From Acidimicrobiia bacterium (GTDB taxonomy: Bacteria; Actinomycetota; Acidimicrobiia; Spongiisociales; UBA5794), in the NCBI GenBank assembly GCA_041608315.1, contig JBFISZ010000003.1, forward strand, positions 1 through 36,925: a DNA stretch of 36,925 nucleotides, in the 5' to 3' direction. How positions within the stretch are numbered: position 1 is the first letter of the stretch; each line of letters starts with the position of its first letter. The notes beneath the pieces are model-generated. The model did not search any database, had not been told where the DNA came from, and saw only the letters and a list, made by a program, of their open reading frames with translations. The translations under genes were made by a program, and so were the position numbers. Positions 1 to 9,355 of the stretch are shown one piece after another.

Positions 1-120
1 GGTTCGCGTTTAATCTTGAAATCGAAGCAGCTTGCGTCTGCGGATGTCAAAAACCGTGTAATCCAATGTCTCGAACGCAGCGCCGTCGACATCGATCGAA
101 TCGAGCTCAAAGGGTGGATT
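1..120 (+). other. Internal fragment resembling a SPINDLY/O-GlcNAc transferase (GT41) C-terminal domain; probably foreign or chimeric edge sequence
   Basis: Frame 1 reads GSRLILKSKQLASADVKNRVIQCLERSAVDIDRIELKGW, resembling the SRLxLKxKxL...IDxxRIEL segment of bacterial SPY-like proteins. Visibly more AT-rich than the rest of the window. Confidence 0.4.
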
Positions 121-769
121 GCCGAACGAAGTCATCACCTCGGCACTGGTGGCTGCCGAGGTGATGGCCGAGCTCCACGCCAACAGCCCGATCCTGGCAG
201 TGGGCGACGTTGGGCTCCTCGAGGCGCTGCGCACGCGGAACCTCGACCTCGTCGAACCCGAAAACCCCGGGGGAGCGGCGGCGGTCGTCATGGGCAAGGA
301 TCCAAACTTCGATCAGCACCGGCTGAACGTGGTGTGCCAGGCGATTTGGAGCGGGGCCGAGTTCTTCGCCACCAACTACGACCCGCGGGTGCCGACGGCA
401 GAAGGTTTCGTCCCGGCGACCGGACCGATGGTGAAGGCAGTCGCCTACGCCACGGGCCAGGAGCCGATCGTCACCGGCAAGCCCTCGCCGTGGTCGGGGC
501 GTATGGCCATGCGGATCCTCGGCGTTGCCCCGGAGCGAGGTCTGGTGGTCGGTGATCAGCTCGCCACCGACATCGCAATGGGCCGCAATGCCGGGATGCA
601 CACGTGCCTCGTGCTCACCGGCACGGCCGAGGCGCACCACCTCGACGAAGCTCCCGAGGATCACCGGCCCCATGTGGTCCTCGCCGACATTGGCCGCCTC
701 ATTCCATGGCTCGACGAGCAGATCTCGACAACCGCAGATTCGTCCGGTCGTGGCGCGAGAGGAGGGTGA
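119..769 (+). CDS. HAD-IIA (NagD-like) phosphatase, 5'-truncated
   Basis: EVITSA, ATNYD, TGKPSP and VGDQLATDIAMGRNAGMHTCLVLTG motifs. The N-terminal DxDG motif is absent and in-frame stops lie upstream (TAA 59-61). Stop is 2 nt before the next ATG. Confidence 0.75.
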   Translation: MPNEVITSALVAAEVMAELHANSPILAVGDVGLLEALRTRNLDLVEPENPGGAAAVVMGKDPNFDQHRLNVVCQAIWSGAEFFATNYDPRVPTAEGFVPATGPMVKAVAYATGQEPIVTGKPSPWSGRMAMRILGVAPERGLVVGDQLATDIAMGRNAGMHTCLVLTGTAEAHHLDEAPEDHRPHVVLADIGRLIPWLDEQISTTADSSGRGARGG

Positions 770-771
770 CG

Positions 772-1890
772 ATGGACTCGAACTACATCCTTTCGTTGGA
801 GGACTGCACCGAGGATTGCGTCGACTTGGTCGGCGGCAAAGGCACAGGTCTCGGGACGATGATCCGTGCCGGAATCCCGGTTCCCCCCGGTATTGCTGTA
901 ACCACCCACGCCTACCGGGCAATGCTCGGAAGCGGGCGCACCGAGAATGCGATCGCCAAGCTCCTCCACGACGTCGATCTTGACGATGTCGACGGTCTCG
1001 AGGAGATCAGCAGCCGGATCCGGGCGGGGATCGAAGCGCGGCCGATGCCCCCGGATGTCGACTTCGCCATCCGTCGAGGTTACGAGGAGCTGACCCGGAG
1101 AAGCGGCTGGGATTCGGAGATGCCGGTGGCCGTGCGCTCCAGCGCCACCGCCGAGGATCTCCCCGGCGCCAGCTTTGCCGGCCAGCAGGACACGTTCCTG
1201 TGGGTGGTCGGAGCCGACGAGGTCGTGGCGCACGTCAAGCGCTGCTGGTCGAGCCTGTACACCGGGAGAGCGATCGCCTACAGGATGGAACAGGGCTTCG
1301 ACCACGAGAAGGTCTTCATGTGTGTCTGCATCCAGAAGATGGTCAATGCCCGAGCTGCCGGGGTCATGTTCACGCTCAACCCCATCAACGGCGACCGCTC
1401 CAAGGTGGCAATAGACGCGAGCTGGGGCCTCGGTGAGTCGGTGGCGTCGGGAGAGGTAACGCCGGACAACTATCTCGTGGACAAGATCGCCGGGCGGATC
1501 GCCCGCCGTACGGTGTCGGTGAAGACGATTGAATACCGGGCGGTCCCGGTGGGTAGGCGTGTCGAGAAGACCGAGGTGCCCGAAGAGCGACGCGAGATCG
1601 CCTGCCTCACCGACGACGAAATCCTCGCCCTCACGCAATTGGCGCGTCGCGTCGAATCGCACGAGGGCCGGCCGCTGGATCTCGAGTGGGCGGTCGATGC
1701 CGACCTGAACCCACCGGACCACATCATGCTCCTGCAGAGCCGCCCCGAAACGGTATGGAGCGAAAGGGACAGGATTCCGGTGTCATCCGCGGAGAAGTCG
1801 ACTATGGATCACATCGTGGCGAACCTCGTGACGGGCGTTCGATTGCGAGGACCAACGCCGGCGAGCCCGGGAAACGAGGGCGGCGGATGA
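772..1890 (+). CDS. ppsB: PEP/pyruvate-binding (ATP-grasp) subunit, phenylphosphate synthase beta / CreI-like
   Basis: VGGKG, VAVRSSATAEDLPGASFAGQQDTFL, SWGLGESV, DLEWA and LLQSRPET motifs. Stand-alone N-terminal PEP-synthase domain of 372 aa. RBS GAGGAGG before ATG 772. Confidence 0.8.
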   Translation: MDSNYILSLEDCTEDCVDLVGGKGTGLGTMIRAGIPVPPGIAVTTHAYRAMLGSGRTENAIAKLLHDVDLDDVDGLEEISSRIRAGIEARPMPPDVDFAIRRGYEELTRRSGWDSEMPVAVRSSATAEDLPGASFAGQQDTFLWVVGADEVVAHVKRCWSSLYTGRAIAYRMEQGFDHEKVFMCVCIQKMVNARAAGVMFTLNPINGDRSKVAIDASWGLGESVASGEVTPDNYLVDKIAGRIARRTVSVKTIEYRAVPVGRRVEKTEVPEERREIACLTDDEILALTQLARRVESHEGRPLDLEWAVDADLNPPDHIMLLQSRPETVWSERDRIPVSSAEKSTMDHIVANLVTGVRLRGPTPASPGNEGGG

Positions 1891-1963
1891 GCTAGGTCGA
1901 CTACTGGCGGCACTTGAACGAGCGGCAGACGAGCCGCGGACATACCAGGCGAGGAGAGGGTTG

Positions 1964-3784
1964 ATGAGCGAGACAAGGTTCCCTAGTCCTTTTGAGGTGC
2001 CCACCCCGGACGGTTGTGAGGGATGGGAGGATCTCTATCCGTACTACTACCTATTCAGCGAGGAACGCAGAGAGTTCGAGGAGTCCAAGTTCTGGTTCTT
2101 CGATGGCATGCACCACCCCGAGGTCCTGTACCCATTCGACACGATCACGAGTGAGAGCTGGTGGGTGGCGCTCGGCGAGATGAACTCGCGGGTCTACATC
2201 GTGCCGCCGGCCCTCGGAATCGACCAGCGTGTGCTCAATGGCCGGCTGTACATCAGCGCCAACGCCATCATGGACGAGGAAGTGGTCGGCGCTCGCGTCG
2301 CCCACTTCATGGAGCGGGCCGGCTACTACTACGAGCATTGGGACGAGCTCTACGAAAAGTGGAAGGCCAAGGCCACGGAAACGGTCGAGGAGCTCCAGGC
2401 GGTCGAGGTGACTCCACTCCCCGAGATGGAGGACTTGGACACGGTTCGGGCCGGTCGCGGGCTGACGTCGGCGTACGACCTGCTGGTGGCCTACAACCGG
2501 GTCATCGAGAACATGCACAAGATCTGGCATCTCCACTTCGAGTTCCTCAACCTGGGATATGCCGCCTACCTGACCTATTTCGGGTTCTGCAAGCAGCTCT
2601 TTCCGGACATCCCCGACCAGGTCGTCGCCCAGATGGTTGCCGGCATCGACGTCCTCCTGTTCCGCCCCGATGCGGAGTTGAAGAAGTTGGCGGCCAAGGC
2701 CGTCGACCTCGGAGTGGTCGAGGCCTTCAAGAAGGACACGGACCCGGCGGCGGTCATTGCCACCCTCGAGCAGACGGATGAGGGCCGGCGGTGGATCGGA
2801 GAGCTCGAGAAGGCCAAGGACCCCTGGTTCTACTTCTCGGTGGGTTCCGGCTTCTATCACCATCACAAGACCTGGATCAACGACCAGACCTATCCCTTCA
2901 GCGGCATCACCGACTACATCGCCAAGATCGAAGCCGGAGTCAGCATCGAGCGGCCGATGGATGAGGTCATCGCGGAGCGTGATCGGCTCTCGGCCGAATA
3001 CGCCGCACTGCTCGACGGCGACGATCTGAAGAACTTCAACGACCAGCTGGGTCTGGCCCGGACGGTCTTCCCGTTCATCGAAGACCACAACTTCTACGTG
3101 GAGCACTGGCACCACGCAGTGTTCTGGAACAAGATGCGTGAGTTCGGGCAGGTGTTCGTCGACAACGGGTTCTTCGAAGCCGTGGACGACATGTTCTACC
3201 TGCACCGTTTTGAGGTCGAGGCGGCACTCTACGACCTCATCGCCTCATGGGGTGTCGGGACACCGGCGCGGGGGCCCGCGTACTGGCCCAAGGAGGTCGC
3301 CCGGCGCAAGGTGCTCTTCGAGAAGCTCGCTGAGTGGACGCCGATTCCGGCACTGGGAGAGCCGCCGGAGGTGGTCACCGAGCCGTTCACGATCATGCTG
3401 TGGGGCATCACGTCGGATTCGATCCAGAACTGGCTCGGCATTGGCGGCGACGACGAGGGCGACTACGACCTGAAGGGCTTTGCCGGGTCGCCGGGCGCAG
3501 TGGAGGGCGTGGCGCGAGTGATCCTCAGCGCCGACGAGCTCCATAACGTGCAGGAAGGCGAAGTGCTCGTCTGTCCGATCACCAACCCGAGCTGGGGTCC
3601 TGCGTTCTCCAAGATCGCGGCCGCGGTGACCGATATCGGCGGAATGATGTCGCATGCCTCCATCGTGTGTCGGGAGTATGGCGTTCCGGCCGTGATCGGG
3701 ACCGGGTTCGCCACGCAGAAGATCGAGACGGGACAGCGCTTGTTCGTCGACGGTTCGGCGGGGACGGTGAAGGTCCTCGACTGA
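1964..3784 (+). CDS. ppsA: Phospho-His substrate-binding subunit, phenylphosphate synthase alpha / CreH-like
   Basis: N-terminus EGWEDLYPYY...FWFFDGMHHPEVLYPFD and EDHNFYVEHW typical of PpsA/CreH. C-terminal swivel domain TDIGGMMSHASIVCREYGVPAVIGTG. RBS GAGGAG. Confidence 0.85.
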   Translation: MSETRFPSPFEVPTPDGCEGWEDLYPYYYLFSEERREFEESKFWFFDGMHHPEVLYPFDTITSESWWVALGEMNSRVYIVPPALGIDQRVLNGRLYISANAIMDEEVVGARVAHFMERAGYYYEHWDELYEKWKAKATETVEELQAVEVTPLPEMEDLDTVRAGRGLTSAYDLLVAYNRVIENMHKIWHLHFEFLNLGYAAYLTYFGFCKQLFPDIPDQVVAQMVAGIDVLLFRPDAELKKLAAKAVDLGVVEAFKKDTDPAAVIATLEQTDEGRRWIGELEKAKDPWFYFSVGSGFYHHHKTWINDQTYPFSGITDYIAKIEAGVSIERPMDEVIAERDRLSAEYAALLDGDDLKNFNDQLGLARTVFPFIEDHNFYVEHWHHAVFWNKMREFGQVFVDNGFFEAVDDMFYLHRFEVEAALYDLIASWGVGTPARGPAYWPKEVARRKVLFEKLAEWTPIPALGEPPEVVTEPFTIMLWGITSDSIQNWLGIGGDDEGDYDLKGFAGSPGAVEGVARVILSADELHNVQEGEVLVCPITNPSWGPAFSKIAAAVTDIGGMMSHASIVCREYGVPAVIGTGFATQKIETGQRLFVDGSAGTVKVLD

Positions 3785-3838
3785 GGAGGGCTGCTCATCC
3801 TTCCTTGGAAGCTGCGCGCAGTTGCCTGCTGTCGGGTT

Positions 3839-4825
3839 CTACGCAAGAACGGGAGGTGCGATCAGCTCCTCCAGGGCCCGCTTGACGAAGACGGGGACCA
3901 TCCGCTTGCGGTAGCGCGACGTGAGGTCGGTGTTGTAGAGGGGGCGGGCCAGCTTGCGGGCGGCTTCGGCGGCGGCGGCAATGGAGTCCGCGCCGAGAGG
4001 TTGCCCGAGCAGCGCTTCCTCGGCCTCGGCTGCGCGTAGCGGCGCTGAGGCGACTGCCCCCAGGATGATGTTCGCTTCAGTGCAGATGCCGGCCTCGTCG
4101 CCGCGGATGGCGGCGGCCACGCCGAGGATGGGGAAGTCGACGCTGCCCCGGCGCCGCAGCTTGAGGTATGTCGCCCGCAGGCCGTCGTCGATGGGAATGG
4201 CCACGCTGGTGATGATCTCGTCCGGCGACTTGGCGAGGTAGTCGATGCCGTCGTCGACGTAGAGCTCGGCGAGCGGCATCGTGCGGGCGCCGCCGGCGCC
4301 GACGAGAGTCACGGCGGCGCCGAGCGCGACCAGAACCGGAGCCAGATCCGAAGAGCTCACCGCCCAGCAGTGCTGTTTGGCCGGTGCCACCCAGCAGGTG
4401 TCGCCGGCGGCCTTGAGACAGGGCTCGGCGGCTTGGCGCCACAGGTCGGGTACGTTCAGCCAGAAGCAGCGGGTGTCGACGCACAGGTTGCCGCCGATGG
4501 TGCCCTGGTTCTGGATGGTGGGCGACGCCACCAGTCCGGCCGCGCGCGCCACCACGGGCGGCACCAGATCAGAATCGACGACTTCCCGCAGTGTTGTCCG
4601 GGCCCCGATGTGGACGGTGTCGCCTTCGCGGCGGATCCCATCGAGATCATCGATCCGCCCGAGGAGAACGACCGTCTCGACCGTGAGCTGGTGGCGCTTG
4701 AGGTTGGGGATCAGATCCGTGCCGCCGGACAGGACGACGGCTCGATCGCCGAGCTCGGCAAGCAACCCGGCCGCTTCCTCGACGGTCGCCGGCGAAGAGA
4801 CTGCCAGCTTGGGGAGGCGCATCAT
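3839..4825 (-). CDS. hcrB: 4-hydroxybenzoyl-CoA reductase-like FAD/[4Fe-4S] subunit
   Basis: SGGTDL and TIGGNLC motifs plus the HcrB-type four-Cys insert TRC-x15-C-x7-C-x8-C. ATGA overlap with the upstream gene. Confidence 0.85.
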   Translation of the reverse strand: MMRLPKLAVSSPATVEEAAGLLAELGDRAVVLSGGTDLIPNLKRHQLTVETVVLLGRIDDLDGIRREGDTVHIGARTTLREVVDSDLVPPVVARAAGLVASPTIQNQGTIGGNLCVDTRCFWLNVPDLWRQAAEPCLKAAGDTCWVAPAKQHCWAVSSSDLAPVLVALGAAVTLVGAGGARTMPLAELYVDDGIDYLAKSPDEIITSVAIPIDDGLRATYLKLRRRGSVDFPILGVAAAIRGDEAGICTEANIILGAVASAPLRAAEAEEALLGQPLGADSIAAAAEAARKLARPLYNTDLTSRYRKRMVPVFVKRALEELIAPPVLA

Positions 4826-7236
4826 GAGGCGGCTCCCGGGGAGTCGGCGGGCGGCTCGACCCGGAACAAGGGCGGGAACTCGTGGTCGGGCAGGCTGGTG
4901 GGCCCGACCCTTCCCGAGCCCCCTTTGGCCAGATCGGCGAGGGCGGTGACCACCGTGTCCGGCCGGAGCGGGATCTCATCAACCCGAATCCCGAGGGCGT
5001 CGTGCACCGCGTTGACGACGGCCGGGATCACGGGTAGCAGTGCGCCCTGGCCGACTTCCTTGGCCCCAAAGGGGCCCTCCGGGTCTTCGGTCTCGATGAT
5101 GATCGATTGCACCGGAGGCATCTCGAGGATGGTCGGGATCTTGTATTCGAGGAGCGAGGGCCCCCGGTGGAGACCGTTGCGCAGAAACGCCTGCTCCTCC
5201 ATCAGGACCTCACCGAGGGCCATGTGGACACTGCCCTCGATCTGGCCGATCGACAGCAAGGGGTTGAGCGCCTTGCCGATGTCGTGGGCCATCCAGACCT
5301 GGTCGACCGTGACGAACCCGGTGTCGGGATCGCAGGTGACTTCGGCAACGCAGGCCGTATACGAGTAGGCGGGCGTCGGGCCGACGCCGGCGCCGCGGTA
5401 GCGCCCCGCCAAACCCTGCGGAGTCTTGTAGCTCCCCGACGTGACGAGTGCTCCCGAGCGCGCCATGGCGAGCTGCACCGCCTCCGCCCAGGTGACCCCT
5501 TTGTCGGGGTTGTCGTCGACGATGATGGACCCGTCTTCGGCGCTGAGCAGATCCGGGTCGACACCGAGCTCGGCGGCGACCGCCTCGAGAATCTCTTCGA
5601 GGAGGCGTTGGGCGGCCTCGAGGGCGGCGTTGCCGGCCATGAACGTGACCCGGCTCGAATAGCTCCCGAGGTCGATCGGGGTGAGGTCGGTGTCGGCGGT
5701 GACCACCGCCAGGTCGGCCGGCTCCAGCCCGAGGACTTCGGCGACGACGGTGGCCAGCATCGTGGTCGAGCCCTGGCCGCAGTCGGCGGCCATCGAGAAG
5801 ACCGTGACGCCCCCGCCCCGGTCGACCTTGAGCATCACCTCCGATTGCGGCATGTCGTTGAAGTAGATGGGGAAGCCGGCTCCCGAGAGGTAGGCGCCCA
5901 CCGCCAGGCCGATGCCGCGACCGGCCGGAAGCAAGGTGTGCTTGTCCGCGAACGAGGAGGCGGCGACGACTGCGTCGAGGCACTCGGCGAGGCCGCAGCT
6001 GGTGACGCGGAGGTGGTTCACCGTGTGCGAGAACGGCTTCACGAGGTTGCGGCGCCGCAACGTCACCGGGTCGATCCCCAGTGCGGCCGCCGCCTTGTCG
6101 AGATGCACCTCGATGGCGAACCGCGGTTGGGGAGTTCCGTGGCCCCGTTTCGGCCCGCACGGCGGCTTGTTGGTGAAGACCCGCACTCCCTGGAAGCGGT
6201 AGCGGGGGATGCTGTAAGTCGTCGTTTGCAGCTGTCCGGTGTACAGCAGGCTGGCGGCGCCGTAGCTGCCGTAGGCGCCTCCGTCGAGGTACGAGCGGAA
6301 AGACATCGCCGTGATGCGGCCGTCGGCGGTGAATCCGGTTCGCACCCACATGAGCACCGGGTGGCGGCCCCGATGCGCATAGAAGACGTCTTCTCTGGTG
6401 AGCGTGATCTTGACCGGGCGGCCGGTGGTCAAGGCGAGGCGGGCGGCGACGATCTCGTGCGAGAAGATGTCGGTTTTGCCGCCGAAGCCGCCGCCGACGG
6501 CAGTCGCGATCACTCGGATCTGCCCGGCCGGTATCTCGAGCACCTTGGCCAGAATCCGATGCAGGTAGTGGGGGACCTGGGTGGAGGACCACACGGTGAG
6601 CCGGCCGTCATCGCCCAGGCTGGCGACGGTTGCATGGGGCTCGAGGGCGGCGTGAGTGTTGCCCTGGAAGAAGAAGGTGTCCTCCTGGATGTGGTCGGCG
6701 AGCGCGAAGCCCTCGTCGACGTCGCCGAACTCGAGCGATGCCTCCCTGTCCACGTTGGCGCCGATGCCGGCCCCCTCGTCATCGCCGTGGATCAGCGGCT
6801 GGGTCGGATCGAGGGCCGCTTCGATGGAGGTGACGTCGGGCAGCCGCTCGTACTCGACTTCGATCAAAGCCAGCGCGGCGTCGGCAGTCTCCGGGTCGAC
6901 GGCCGCCACCGCGGCGACCGGCTCGCCGACGTAGCGCACCTTGTCGATGGCCAGGGCGTTCTCATCCTGGCTCACCGGCAGGATCCCGTACTTGACGGGA
7001 AGGTCGGTTCCGACGAGAACGGCCTGGACGCCGGGGAGGGCGGCCGCTGCGGCCGTGTCGATGCCGATGATGCGGGCGTGGGCGTGGGGGCTGCGCAACA
7101 GCTTGGCGATGACGGTGCGGGGGAGCATGAGATCGTCGGCATAGACGGCGCGCCCTGTGACCTGGCCATGAGAGTCGACCCGGCCCGCGGGGCGGCCCAC
7201 CGCTCCGTGCCCTCGTCCCGCGGCGAGCCCGCTCAT
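4822..7236 (-). CDS. hcrA: 4-hydroxybenzoyl-CoA reductase-like molybdopterin subunit
   Basis: LRSPHAHA, GGGFGGK, RGHG, GQGS, GSYSSRVTFMAGNA and GPFGAKEVGQG motifs. ATG at 7236 overlaps the hcrC stop. Confidence 0.85.
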   Translation of the reverse strand: MSGLAAGRGHGAVGRPAGRVDSHGQVTGRAVYADDLMLPRTVIAKLLRSPHAHARIIGIDTAAAAALPGVQAVLVGTDLPVKYGILPVSQDENALAIDKVRYVGEPVAAVAAVDPETADAALALIEVEYERLPDVTSIEAALDPTQPLIHGDDEGAGIGANVDREASLEFGDVDEGFALADHIQEDTFFFQGNTHAALEPHATVASLGDDGRLTVWSSTQVPHYLHRILAKVLEIPAGQIRVIATAVGGGFGGKTDIFSHEIVAARLALTTGRPVKITLTREDVFYAHRGRHPVLMWVRTGFTADGRITAMSFRSYLDGGAYGSYGAASLLYTGQLQTTTYSIPRYRFQGVRVFTNKPPCGPKRGHGTPQPRFAIEVHLDKAAAALGIDPVTLRRRNLVKPFSHTVNHLRVTSCGLAECLDAVVAASSFADKHTLLPAGRGIGLAVGAYLSGAGFPIYFNDMPQSEVMLKVDRGGGVTVFSMAADCGQGSTTMLATVVAEVLGLEPADLAVVTADTDLTPIDLGSYSSRVTFMAGNAALEAAQRLLEEILEAVAAELGVDPDLLSAEDGSIIVDDNPDKGVTWAEAVQLAMARSGALVTSGSYKTPQGLAGRYRGAGVGPTPAYSYTACVAEVTCDPDTGFVTVDQVWMAHDIGKALNPLLSIGQIEGSVHMALGEVLMEEQAFLRNGLHRGPSLLEYKIPTILEMPPVQSIIIETEDPEGPFGAKEVGQGALLPVIPAVVNAVHDALGIRVDEIPLRPDTVVTALADLAKGGSGRVGPTSLPDHEFPPLFRVEPPADSPGAAS

Positions 7237-7706
7237 GGCGCCGTCACCCGCTGGGCCGCCGCCAGCTGGACCGCCTCGAGGATCTTGAGGTAGCCGGTGC
7301 AGCGGCACATGTTGCCGCCGAGAGCGTGGCGAATCTGGTCGAGGCTGGGATCGGGCTCACGCTCGAGCAGCGCCGCCGCGGTGACGATCATGCCGGGCGT
7401 GCAGTAGCCGCACTGGGCGGCGTTGAGAGCCCCGAAAGACTCCTGGAGGGCGTGGAGGGTGCCACCGTCGGCCACGCCTTCGATCGTCGTCACCTCGCGC
7501 CCCACGACCTGAGCGGGGAGGGTGAGACACGACAGTTGGGGCTTCCCGTCGATCAGCACGGTGCAGGCGCCGCACTCGCCCAGTTCACACCCGTGTTTCG
7601 TGCCGGTGAGCCCGAGATCCTCCCGGAGCACTTCGAGAAGGGTTCGATGGGGCCGCACGAGGAGTTCCTGCGGCTCACCGTTGACGCGCACTTCGAAGTG
7701 TTCCAA
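7233..7706 (-). CDS. hcrC: 2x[2Fe-2S] subunit of the Hcr-like molybdoenzyme
   Basis: GTKHGCELGECGACTV, QCGYCTPG and GNMCRCTGY. TTG 7706 preferred because GAGAGG sits at normal RBS spacing; GTG 7745 is the alternative start. Confidence 0.85.
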   Translation of the reverse strand: MEHFEVRVNGEPQELLVRPHRTLLEVLREDLGLTGTKHGCELGECGACTVLIDGKPQLSCLTLPAQVVGREVTTIEGVADGGTLHALQESFGALNAAQCGYCTPGMIVTAAALLEREPDPSLDQIRHALGGNMCRCTGYLKILEAVQLAAAQRVTAP

Positions 7707-7876
7707 TCTCGCCTCTCTAGCTGGGGGCCGATTGTATACGGGCACCCTCTTCGTGCCGTCGTCGAGATCTGATGCCTGCCGCGTCGGGACCGTGGCTCGA
7801 CACCGTTTGGCGCCCCGGCAGGCGCCGCGGCGATCCTGTACGATCAGCGGAATTGCTCGGCTTTGAGGAGGATGGG
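7707..7876. promoter_or_regulatory. Divergent promoter region between hcrCAB and trpB2
   Basis: Genes diverge here. Candidate -10 boxes TACAAT (minus, 7731-7736) and TACGAT (plus, 7839-7844); no good -35 seen. Confidence 0.45.
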
Positions 7877-9241
7877 ATGTCGGATTACATCAAGGTCACT
7901 CTCGACGAGAGTGAGATACCTACTCAGTGGTACAACATCATTCCCGATCTCTCGGAGCCGCCGCCCCCGCCGCTGCACCCGGGGACTCATCAGCCGATCG
8001 GGCCCGACGACCTCGCCCCGCTGTTCCCGATGGGCCTCATCCTTCAGGAGGTGAGCCAGGACAGCTACATCGACATTCCGGGGCCGGTGATGGATGTCTA
8101 TAAGAAGTGGCGGCCCAGTCCTCTGTACCGCGCCCGTGCCCTGGAGAAGGCGCTCGATACTCCGGCCAAGATCTTCTACAAGTACGAAGGGGGGAGCCCG
8201 GCCGGTTCGCACAAGCCGAACACCGCCGTGGCGCAGGCCTACTACAACGCTCAAGAAGGTGTGACCAAGCTCACAACCGAAACCGGGGCCGGCCAGTGGG
8301 GGTCGGCTTTGGCGTTCGCGTGCGCCCAGTTCGGACTGGAGTGCGAGGTCTGGCAGGTGGCCATATCCTTCGACCAGAAGCCCTATCGCAAGACGATGAT
8401 GGAGACCTGGGGGGCGACCGTCCACTCCAGCCCATCGAATCTCACCGAGGCGGGGCGCAAGATCCTGGCGATGGACCCGAACAGCCCGGGCAGTCTGGGG
8501 ATCGCCATTTCCGAAGCCGTCGAAGCCGCAGTGGGCGACGAGAGCACGAAGTACGCCCTGGGGAGCGTCTTGAGCCATGTGCTGCTGCATCAGACGGTGA
8601 TCGGTGAGGAAGCCCTGCTGCAACTCGCCAAGGTGGGGGAGACTCCCGACCTGCTCGTGGGATGCACGGGTGGCGGGTCGAATTTCGCCGGTCTGTCGTT
8701 CCCGTTCCTGCGGGAGAAGATGGCCGGCAAGATGAATCCGACGGTGCGGTGTGTCGAACCGGCATCGTGCCCCTCGCTCACGAAGGGTGAGTTCCGGTAC
8801 GACTTCGGCGACACCATCGGGATGACCCCGCTGGTCAAGATGCACACGCTGGGGCACGATTTCATTCCCGATCCCATCCACGCCGGCGGACTGCGCTATC
8901 ACGGTATGTCGCCGTTGGTGTCGCACATCTACGAGCTCGGGCTCGTCGAAGCCGAAGCAATCAACCAGACGGAGTGCTTCGCCGCAGGCGTGCAGTTCGC
9001 CCGTACCGAAGGCATCCTGCCGGCTCCCGAGCCGACACATGCGCTCGCCGCGGCGGTTCGGGAGGCCAACCGCTGCAAGGAGACGGGGGAGGAGAAAGTC
9101 ATCCTCACGGCGCTCTGCGGACACGGTCACTTCGACCTGACGGCCTACGACGCCTATCTGTCGGGCCAGCTCGTCGACTACGACTACCCCGACGAGAAGG
9201 TCGCGGCCGCCATGAAGAACGTGCCGGTGGTCACCGGCTAG
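7877..9241 (+). CDS. trpB2: TrpB2-type tryptophan synthase beta chain (stand-alone PLP enzyme)
   Basis: [23 protein letters not shown] (PLP Lys), [24 protein letters not shown] and LCGHGHFD. No trpA nearby. RBS GAGGAGG. Confidence 0.93.
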   Translation: MSDYIKVTLDESEIPTQWYNIIPDLSEPPPPPLHPGTHQPIGPDDLAPLFPMGLILQEVSQDSYIDIPGPVMDVYKKWRPSPLYRARALEKALDTPAKIFYKYEGGSPAGSHKPNTAVAQAYYNAQEGVTKLTTETGAGQWGSALAFACAQFGLECEVWQVAISFDQKPYRKTMMETWGATVHSSPSNLTEAGRKILAMDPNSPGSLGIAISEAVEAAVGDESTKYALGSVLSHVLLHQTVIGEEALLQLAKVGETPDLLVGCTGGGSNFAGLSFPFLREKMAGKMNPTVRCVEPASCPSLTKGEFRYDFGDTIGMTPLVKMHTLGHDFIPDPIHAGGLRYHGMSPLVSHIYELGLVEAEAINQTECFAAGVQFARTEGILPAPEPTHALAAAVREANRCKETGEEKVILTALCGHGHFDLTAYDAYLSGQLVDYDYPDEKVAAAMKNVPVVTG

Positions 9242-9248
9242 GTCGTGT

Positions 9249-9271
9249 CTTCCCCTGCGTTGGAGGGGAAG
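9249..9271 (+). terminator. Stem-loop after trpB2, possible terminator or stabilising hairpin
   Basis: CTTCCCCT-7 nt-AGGGGAAG perfect 8-bp stem just after the stop; no U tract. Confidence 0.4.
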
Positions 9272-9338
9272 CCGCGGTCCCACATTGCCGGCAAGGCGAC
9301 AATCTCGGCGACCGTGCGTCCTCTGTGACCCGGCGTTT

Positions 9339-9347
9339 TGTTATCCT
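9339..9347 (+). promoter_or_regulatory. Candidate extended -10 promoter for the rid-ior-iaa operon
   Basis: TGtTATCCT about 50 nt upstream of the rid start. Confidence 0.35.
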
Positions 9348-9355
9348 CGCACCAT

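Noticed and set aside
604-771. Upstream extensions of ORF-track calls (also starts 7308, 7772, 13056, 14011, 20823, 22576, 27824, 31512, 32542, 35717)
   Set aside because: They overlap neighbouring genes or promoters. Internal starts match family N-termini, RBS positions and stop/start overlaps.
772-3784. Split or frameshifted PEP synthase
   Set aside because: There is no C-terminal PEP/pyruvate barrel domain. Both genes have their own RBS and match the natural two-subunit PpsAB/CreHI layout.
5107-7293. 728-aa plus-strand ORF and similar long antisense ORFs (15916-17394, 24536-25942, 33037-34131)
   Set aside because: They are shadows of well-supported genes on the opposite strand, expected at high GC, and show no motifs.
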